From: Eledone cirrhosa
Lineage: Eukaryota
Length of the DNA stretch: 64,000 nucleotides
NCBI GenBank assembly: GCA_964016885.1
Contig: CAXHJY010001565.1
Coordinates: 1 to 64,000, forward strand
Reading direction: 5' to 3'
Position numbers and translations under genes: made by a program
Shown here: piece after piece, positions 56,255 to 64,000 of the stretch
Numbering within the stretch: position 1 is the first letter of the stretch
Layout of the letters: the number at the start of each line of letters is the position of its first letter
Notes under the pieces: model-generated
Told to the model about the DNA's origin: nothing
The model's input: the letters and a program-made list of their open reading frames with translations, nothing else
Databases searched by the model: none

Positions 56255-58930
56255 GTGGAGGTGGTGTGGTGTGGTGTGGTATAGTGTGGTGGTGTGTTGT
56301 GTGGTGTGGTGTGGTGGAGGTGGTGTGGTGGTGTGTGGTGTGGTGTGGTGTGGTATAGTGTGGTGTGGTGTGGTGGTGTGGTGTAGTGGAGGTGGTGTGG
56401 TGGTGTGTGGTGTGGTGTGGTGGTGGTGTGGTGTGGTGTGGTATAGTGTGGTGTGGTGGTGTGGTGTAGTGGAGGTGGTGGAGGTGGTGTGGTGGTGTGT
56501 GGTGTGGTGTGGTGGTGGTGTAGTGGAGGTGGTGGAGGTGGTGTGGTGTGGTGTAGTGTGGTGTGGTGTGGTATAGTGTGGTGTGGTGTGGTGGTGTGTG
56601 GTGTGGTGTGGTGGTGGTGTGGTGTGGTGTGGTATAGTGTGGTGTGGTGTGGTATAGTGTGGTGTGGTGGTGTGGTGTAGTGGAGGTGGTGGAGGTGGTG
56701 TGGTGGTGTGTGGTGTGGTGTGGTGGTGGTGTGGTGGTGTGGTGTAGTGGAGGTGGTGGAGGTGGTGTGGTGTGGTATAGTGTGGCGTGGTGTGGTATAG
56801 TGTGGTGTGGTGTGGTGGTGTGGTGTAGTGGAGGTGGTGGAGGTGGTGTGGAGGTGGTGTGGTGTGGTGTGGTATAGTGTGGTGTGGTGTGGTATAGTGT
56901 GGTGTGGTGTGGTGGTGTGTGGTGTGGTGTGGTGGTGGTGTGGTGGTGTGATGTAGTGGAGGTTGGTGGTGGTGGTGTGGTGGTGTGTGGTGTGGTGTGG
57001 TGGTGGTGTGGTGGTGTGGTGTAGTGGAGGTGGTGGAGGTGGTGTGGTGTGGTATAGTGTGGTGTGGTGGAGGTGGTGGAGGTGGTGTGGTGTGTGTGGT
57101 GTGGTGTGGTGGTGGTGTAGTGGAGGTGGTGTGGTGTGGTGTAGTGTGGTGTGGTGTGGTGTGGTGGTGTGGTGTAGTGGAGGTGGTGGAGGTGGTATGG
57201 TGGTGTGGGTGTGGTGGTGGTGTGGTGGTGTGGTGTAGTGGAGGTGGTGGAGGTGGTGTGGTGTGGTATAGTGTGGTGTGGTGTGGTGGTGTGGTGTAGT
57301 GGAGGTGGTGGAGGTGGTGTGGTGGTGTGTGGTGTGGTGTGGTGGTGGTGTGGTGGTGTGGTGTAGTGGAGGTGGTGGAGGTGGTGTGGTGTGGTATAGT
57401 GTGGTGTGGTGTGGTGGGTGTGTGTAGTGGAGGTGGTGGAGTGGTGGTGTGTGGTGGTGGTGGTGTGGTGGTGTGGTGTAATGGAGGTGGTGGAGGTGGT
57501 GTGGGGTGTGTGGTATAGTGTGGTGTGGTGTGGTGTAGTGGAGGTGGTGGAGGTGGTGTGGTGGTGTGTGTATAGTGTGGTGTGGTGTGGTGGTGTGGTG
57601 TAGTGGAGGTGGTGGAGGTGGTGTGGTGGTGTGTGGTGTGGTGTGGTGGTGGTGTGGTGGTGTAGTGGAGGTGGTGGAGGTGGTGTGGTGGTGTGTGGTG
57701 GGTGGTGTGGGGTGGTGGTGTGGGGTGGTGGTGTGGTGGTTGGTGTAGTGGAGGTGGTGGAGGTGGTGGAGGTGACGGAGGTGGTGTGTGGTGTGGTGGA
57801 GGTGGTGGAGGGGTGTGGTGGTGTGGTGGAGGTGGTGAGGTGGAGGTGGTGTAGGTGGTGGTGTGGTGTGGTGTAGTGTGTTGTGTGGTGGAGGTGGAGG
57901 TGGTGTGTGGTGTAGTATGGTGTAGGTGGTTAGTGTGGTGTAGTGTGGTGTGGTGTGGTGTGGTGTAGTGTGGTGTGGTGTGGTGTGGTGTAGGTGGTTA
58001 GTGTGGTGTGGTGTAGTGTGGTGTAGTGTGGTGTGGTGTAGTGTAGTGTGGTGTGGTGGGGTGTAGTGTGGTGTAGTGTAGTGTGGTGTGGTGTAGTGTG
58101 GTGTAGTGTGGTGTGGTGTGGTGTGATGGTGGTGTGGTGTGGTGTGATGGTGGTGTGGTGTGGTGTAATGTTGTGTGGTGTGGTGTAGTGTGGTGTAGTG
58201 TTGTGTGGTGTGGTGTAGTGTGGTGTAGTGTGGTTTAGTGTGGTGTGGTGGTGTAGTGTGGTGTAGTGTGGTGTGGTGGAGGTGGTGTCGTGTGGTGTGG
58301 TGGAGGTGGTGTACGGGTGTGGTGGTGGAGGTGGTATGGTGTTATAGTGTGGTGTAGGGGTGTGGTGGAGGTGTGTGTGGTGGTGTGTTGTGTGGTGGAG
58401 GTGGTGTAGTGGTGTGTGTAGTGTGGTATATGGTGTGGTGGTGGAGGTAGTGTGGTATATGGTGTGGTGGTGGAGGTGGTGTGGTGGTGGAGGTGGTTTG
58501 GTGTAGTGGTGTGGTATGGTGTAGTGTGGTGTGTGGTGTAGTGGTGTGGTATGGTGTAGTGTGTGGTGTATGGTGGTGTGGTGTGGTGTGTGGTGTAGTG
58601 GTGTGGTATGGTGTAGTGTGTGGTGTATGGTGGTGTGGTGTAGTGTGTGGTGTAGGGTGGCGTGGTGGTGTGGTATGATGTAGTGTGTGGTGTAAGGTGG
58701 TGTGGTGGAGGTGGTGTAGTATGGTGTAGTGTGATGTAGTGTGGTGTAGTGTAGTGTGGTATAGAGTAGTGTGGAATAGTGTGGTGTAGTGTAGTGTGGT
58801 GTAGTGTGGTATAGTGTGGTGTAGTGTGGTATAGTGTGGTGTAGTGTGGTATCGTGTCGTGTCGTGTGGTATAGTGTGGTGTGGTGTAGTGCGGTGTGGT
58901 GTAGTGTAGTGTGGTGTAGTGTAGTGTGGT
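56255..58930. repeat. (GTG/GTGTG)n G-rich microsatellite
   Basis: Direct reading. Confidence 0.93.
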
Positions 58931-58991
58931 GTTACAGTTTTGGGATGCATGATGGTGACTTATGTATATATACTGTACATGTGTATTATTA

Positions 58992-59161
58992 CAGGTAAAA
59001 TTCCGTTACAACGAATACCATTATAACGAAATTTTCTTCCATCCCCGAGTAAATAACAAACAAACGCTCGATTAATTTCGGTCGATCTCGTTATAAAGAA
59101 TTTTTCGTTACAGTGAAATTTCTTTATACCTCGTGAATTTCGTTATAACGGAATTTCACTG
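58992..59161. mobile_element. Tc1/mariner-pogo-type MITE (second copy at 60038-60208)
   Basis: TA|CAGGTAAAATTCCGTTACAACGAA ... TTCGTTATAACGGAATTTCACTG|TA. Confidence 0.8.
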
Positions 59162-59669
59162 TATTATTATTATTAGCTCAGGGTCTTTTATCACCAATAC
59201 GATACTAAGAAATAAATTAAAAACCTGATCATACTAATATGTTTAGAGAAAGTCAATGTAGTAAAAATATACTGAAACAAATCATTGGGGGGGTTTAAGC
59301 CTCAAAAGACCCTCAACCAGAAGGCTTCAAAATGTAGTCAAAAATATAAATATCTTTAAAAATAAAGTAAAGCAGTTTTCATAATTTTACGCCTGTGGAA
59401 AATAAGAAATAAAATTTCAAAGCTCACCTATTTTCCTTGGGCCAACTCCAGACCCTTTTAAAAAATTTCTCAGGTCCACGTTGAGAATTACTGGTGTAGA
59501 GTCTGACCCTTTGTTGCTTAAAACAAATGTTTCTACTACACAAATAACACAAGGACAATTTAATAAAAATTTCAACTAGATTCTTCTTACCTTTAAAACA
59601 TAAGACTTCATTATCTTATTCGCTGGTTTCTTCCTGTTTTTATTATTTATTTCTATTTGGTTTTATTTC

Positions 59670-59935
59670 AGTGGTACTTCAAAATAGCTTCCCTAGAGTC
59701 GTACTCCAAAATAGCTTCAGTGGTACTTAAAAATAGCTTCCCTACAGTCCTACTCCAACATATCTTCAATCGTACTCCAAAATAGCTTCCCTAGAGTCCT
59801 ACTCCAACATATCTTCAGTCTCGTACTCTAAAATAGCTTCCCTAGAGTCCTACTCCAACATATCTTCAGTCTCGTACTCTAAAATAGCTTCCCTAGAGTC
59901 GTACTCCAACATATCTTCAGTGGTACCTCAACATA
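59670..59935. repeat. ~50-bp minisatellite
   Basis: AAAATAGCTTCCCTAGAGTC.TACTCCAA recurs five times. Confidence 0.8.
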
Positions 59936-60629
59936 GTATCATTGTCACTTGTGGTAGTAATAGTTTCTGAATTAGACACCGGGCCAACAATTTAGGGGGG
60001 GGGGGGGCGATTAAATCGACTCCAGTGTGTATTATTACAGGTAAAATTCATTTACAACGAATACCATTATAACGAAATTTTCTTCCATCCCCGAGTTAAT
60101 AACAAATAAACGCTCGATTAATTTCGGTCGATCTCGTTATAAAGAATTTTTCGTTACAGTGAAATTTTTTTTATACCTCGTGAATTTCGTTATAACGGAA
60201 TTTCACTGTATTATTATTATTAGCTCAGGGTCTTTTATCACCAATACGATACTAATACAGGTACTTTATTTTGCTGCCAGTGTGTTGGCTTTCACGCAAA
60301 AGTATTGGAGAGGGAGGTTTCCGGCACCTCTTATGGTGTGTAATCACACCTTAGTGTTGAATTAATATTGTCTTTCGTTTTGATTCTATAAAATGTTAAA
60401 TATTTATAAGTATTAGAGTCTCCGACACTCCTTGTCGGTGTGATCGATTCACACGTTTTCGTGTTCAATAAACATTTTTTTTCGTTTTGATGCTGTAACT
60501 TTTTGGTGAAATATTTATATTTTAGTGGTGTCACCTCTCAGAAAGATTGCCACTTTCAGAAGATGGATATAAGAACATGTTTATAATAGTGTAAGGAAAA
60601 TCACTGCATAACTGTTAGTAAATATTTCA

Positions 60630-61385
60630 GGAGCAGCTAAATGAAACAAAGTCAGTCACATCTATCAATACATCCCATGTCTTGAGACACACGAGGCAGC
60701 TAAAGTGCTCCACTGACCAAGGTCAGTCACATCTATCAATACACCCCATGTCTTGAGACACAAGAGGCAGCTAAAATGCTCCACTGACCAAGGTCAGTCA
60801 CATCTATCAATACATCCCATGTCTTGAGACACACGAGGCAGCTAAAGTGCTCCACTGACCAAGGTTAGCTACAACTATCAATACACCCCATGTCTTGAGA
60901 CACAAGAGGTAGCTAAAGTGCTCCACTGACCAAGGTTAGTTACGACTATCAATACATCCGATGTATTGAGACACAAGAGGTAGCTAAAGTGCTCCACTGA
61001 CCAAGGTTAGTTACGACTATCAATACATCCCATGTCTTGAGACACAAGAGGTAGCTAAAGTGCTCCACTGACCAAGGTTAGTTACGACTATCAATACATC
61101 CCATGTCTTGAGACACACGAGGCAGCTAAAGTGCTCCACTGACCAAGGTTAGTTACGACTATCAATACATCCGATGTATTGAGACACAAGAGGTAGCTAA
61201 AGTGCTCCACTGACCAAGGTTAGTTACGACTATCAATACATCCCATGTCTTGAGACACAAGAGGTAGCTAAAGTGCTCCACTGACCAAGGTTAGTTACGA
61301 CTATCAATACATCCCATGTCTTGAGACACACGAGGCAGCTAAAATGCTCCAATGACGACGGTTAGTTCTATCTATCAATACATCG
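60630..61385. repeat. 71-bp tandem repeat, about 10.5 copies
   Basis: GAGG.AGCTAAA at 60693, 60764, 60835, 60906, 60977 and onward. Confidence 0.92.
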
Positions 61386-61851
61386 TTCCGACTTTTGTTG
61401 ATAGGTTTCAGGTCTGTCGATTCGATTGCCTGCCGTCAGGTCACCTTAGGTGGCTTAGGACGTCCTCTTTCCATTGGGGGTATCTACCAATACAGGACCT
61501 AATTAGTATGTCGCTCACTTGAGAGTCATAGAACATGCCCCACCAAAACAGTGATCAAAACGTTGACAAACTCGTATCTAAATCCAACGTTTCGTATTTT
61601 ATTTTACGTCTCAAATTATTCCAAGATTCACATATTGGTAAAGATAAATTCATGTAAACATAAACCAATGCCAAATAATTGCAGAATTCGTCCTAAGATA
61701 TTAGAACTACCTATTTATTTAACCTACTATTTTTACAGACGATATTATTTGATTTCTTTAAAAGTAAAGGCGAATGAAGCTGGCTTCATTACTTCAGTGA
61801 AAGAACAACATTGAAAGTTTGTTATGAATTTCAACTTATTTCCTTAGAACG

Positions 61852-61924
<73 letters not shown>

Positions 61925-62019
61925 TGTGTGCGTGTGTGTGTAACGAAAGGTATATTTACTTTTACTTACTTAAATATGGAATGTTACGCGAATTGATTCT
62001 TCCTCTTCTAAGTCTCTTT

Positions 62020-62491
62020 CCCCGCCGAGGTCAACTTTGCCTTTCATCCTTACGGGGTCGATAAAATAAAGTACCAGTAATGCACTGGGTTATTTGCTGG
62101 CCTTGTGCCTAAAGTAGAAACAATTATTTCACATCGCGGTGGATTGGCAGTATCGGTAGAGGGTCGGACGCCATGCTTTCCAGCATAGTTACGTCCCTTT
62201 ACGATCTGAGTTCAAATCCCGCCGAGGTTGACTTTGCCTTTCATCCTTACGGGATCGATAAAATAAAGTACCAGTAATACACTGGGTTATTTGCTGGCCT
62301 TGTGCCTAACGTAGAAACAATTATTTCACATCGGTAGAGGTTCGGACGCCATGCTTTCCAGCATAGTTACGTCCCTTTACGATCTGAGTTCAAATCCCGC
62401 CGAGGTTGACTTTGCCTTTCATCCTTACGGGGTCGATAAAATAAAGTACCAGTAATGCACTGGGTAATTGCTGGCCTTGTGCCTAAAGTAG
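62020..62491 (+). mobile_element. Tandem trimer of SINE family A
   Basis: Three head-to-tail copies joined by ATTATTTCACATCG. Confidence 0.88.
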
Positions 62492-62611
62492 TATCTATCC
62501 TTTTCTGGAAGAAATCTGGTGTTTAGACCTGGAGAGAGATGTGCTCCTTCATGTTTTCAAATGCACTAGAAAAGCCACGGCATCCCTATAACTCCATCGG
62601 GTGTTACGAAC

Positions 62612-63150
62612 ACACACACACACACACACACACACGATGGCTGCAAACTCACTCTAAGAGTATTGCAATCGCTTGTCAGATTCAGATGTGGGACGCTCGG
62701 ATATGGCTTTTCAAGCCTGCTTGATACTTGCACTCCTTCACACACTGACGAAAACTATGGATCTCCCTGGCTTGAGGTCCCGCATCAGGTTGCCCGTGAA
62801 CCCTCACAACACCGTGGAGATCATAGTTCACTGGTTCTCTTTGAACATGGCAGCGACTGTGGCTCCTGAGACCAGATTTGCTCAAGCAAATCTTTCCACA
62901 CTCAGGGCACTTCAATTCAATGGAGACACCGATCGCTTCGAGAGATACACCAGGGCATTGCTTACACACATCCCGTTTGATCTTCTCGTGCTCTATGTGT
63001 CTGTCCTCAAAATTATGGACCCCATCATTCACCATTCCACGCCAAGTTTCTCTTTCAAGAGCTCCTATCTCCCAGTCAGCCATCATCAAACCATTTTTTT
63101 TCAATGAGTCCTTTACACAATCCTTGAATCGGAGCCTTGGCCACCAGGGC
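62612..63150 (-). mobile_element. RTE (BovB-like) LINE 3' end with C-terminal C2H2 finger(s)
   Basis: PRLRFKDCVKDSLK..WE..A.ER..WR..CPECGKICLSKSGLRSHSRCH..CKYQAGLKSHIRASH; (GT)n tail. Confidence 0.8.
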
Positions 63151-63314
63151 CCATTTTATTAATTGAGATAGGGTACAACACCCTAAAACCAGCCATGATA
63201 ATAATACACCAAGTGTGCTTGTGTATCGATATATATGGTTTGAATTTGTATAGTTCTCTGTACTAATTGTTCATTGAGTAACTTAATCAATATGCATTTA
63301 TATGTATAGATTTA

Positions 63315-63346
<32 letters not shown>

Positions 63347-63349
<3 letters not shown>

Positions 63350-63920
63350 TTTCTGAATTTGTTTAGCAAGATTCTTTATCTGAAAACGTGTGTTGAAACC
63401 GATATTGTTATACTTTGGGAGGGTCATGTTGCCAATAAGAAACACACGCACCAGTTGCTTTCACTCCAATTTATTATAAATTAAATTTATAAATTTAAGA
63501 ATTTATAAATTTCCGGTTGGTTGGTTGGTTCCACAACCGGACGGTTGTTCAAATATTGTCAAAGTTCTTTCGTCACACATTCTGTGACCTCTTCAGTGAC
63601 TGGATTCTTTTCTCTGTTTTGTGCCTCTCCTTTGTTCTGTCCTACGCCATCTTGTAATAACACAAAAACAAGATGGCGTAGGTCAGGACAAAGGAGAGGC
63701 ACAAAACAAAGAAAAGAATCCCCAGTCACTGAAAAGGTCACAGAATGTGTGACGAAAGAACTTTGACAATATATGAACAACTGTCCGGTTGTGGAACCAA
63801 CCAACCAACCGGAAATTTATAAATTCTTAAATTTATAAATTTAATTTATAATAAATTGGAGTGAAAGCAACTGGTGCGTGTGTTTCTTAATGGCAACATG
63901 ACCCTCCAAAGTATAACAAT

Positions 63921-63922
<2 letters not shown>
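63347..63922. mobile_element. ORF-less foldback of the same PLE pLTR family as 3442-5963 (arms 63402-63655 and 63668-63922; tail 63347-63401)
   Basis: Strong similarity to 5640-5963; intact HHR on - (63558-63600); CTGAAAA-mutated HHR on + (63725-63767). Confidence 0.9.
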
Positions 63923-63959
<37 letters not shown>

Positions 63960-64000
63960 TATACATATATACACACATATACATATATATACACACACAT

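Noticed and set aside
60630-61385. CRISPR-like regular repeats (also 21170-22150 and 45684-47265)
   Set aside because: Whole units repeat with no unique spacers, no cas genes, eukaryotic context

Overview
AT-rich, microsatellite-saturated animal genomic DNA. The SINE/LINE/microsatellite mix suggests a cephalopod such as Octopus (inference, not verified). Nearly all ORFs in the supplied track are microsatellite artefacts. Protein-coding content: the last three exons of a + strand host gene (18772-22445) with a caspase/legumain-like fold that appears to lack the catalytic His/Cys; a 5'-truncated Penelope-like retroelement (PLE; RT + GIY-YIG) between inverted pseudo-LTRs; and fragments of RTE, CR1-group and R4/Dong LINEs. 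Non-coding mobile elements: two tRNA-derived SINE families, a Helitron-like element and MITEs. The main hidden system is RNA-based. I count about 29 type-I hammerhead ribozyme (HHR) motifs, intact or degenerate, in about 9 sequence families. Twelve sit in a 5.7-kb palindromic array of near-identical, non-coding 466-bp units (23481-29223; 7 copies in one direction, 5 inverted) that looks like a retrozyme multimer. The array has the same layout as the PLE and several ORF-less foldback elements here: inverted arms, outward-facing HHRs, a 55-95-nt tail on one side only, and insertion into (TA)-rich microsatellite. This suggests a non-autonomous, possibly circular, ribozyme RNA copied by PLE reverse transcriptase. 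All calls were made by eye; no searches or folding programs were run.
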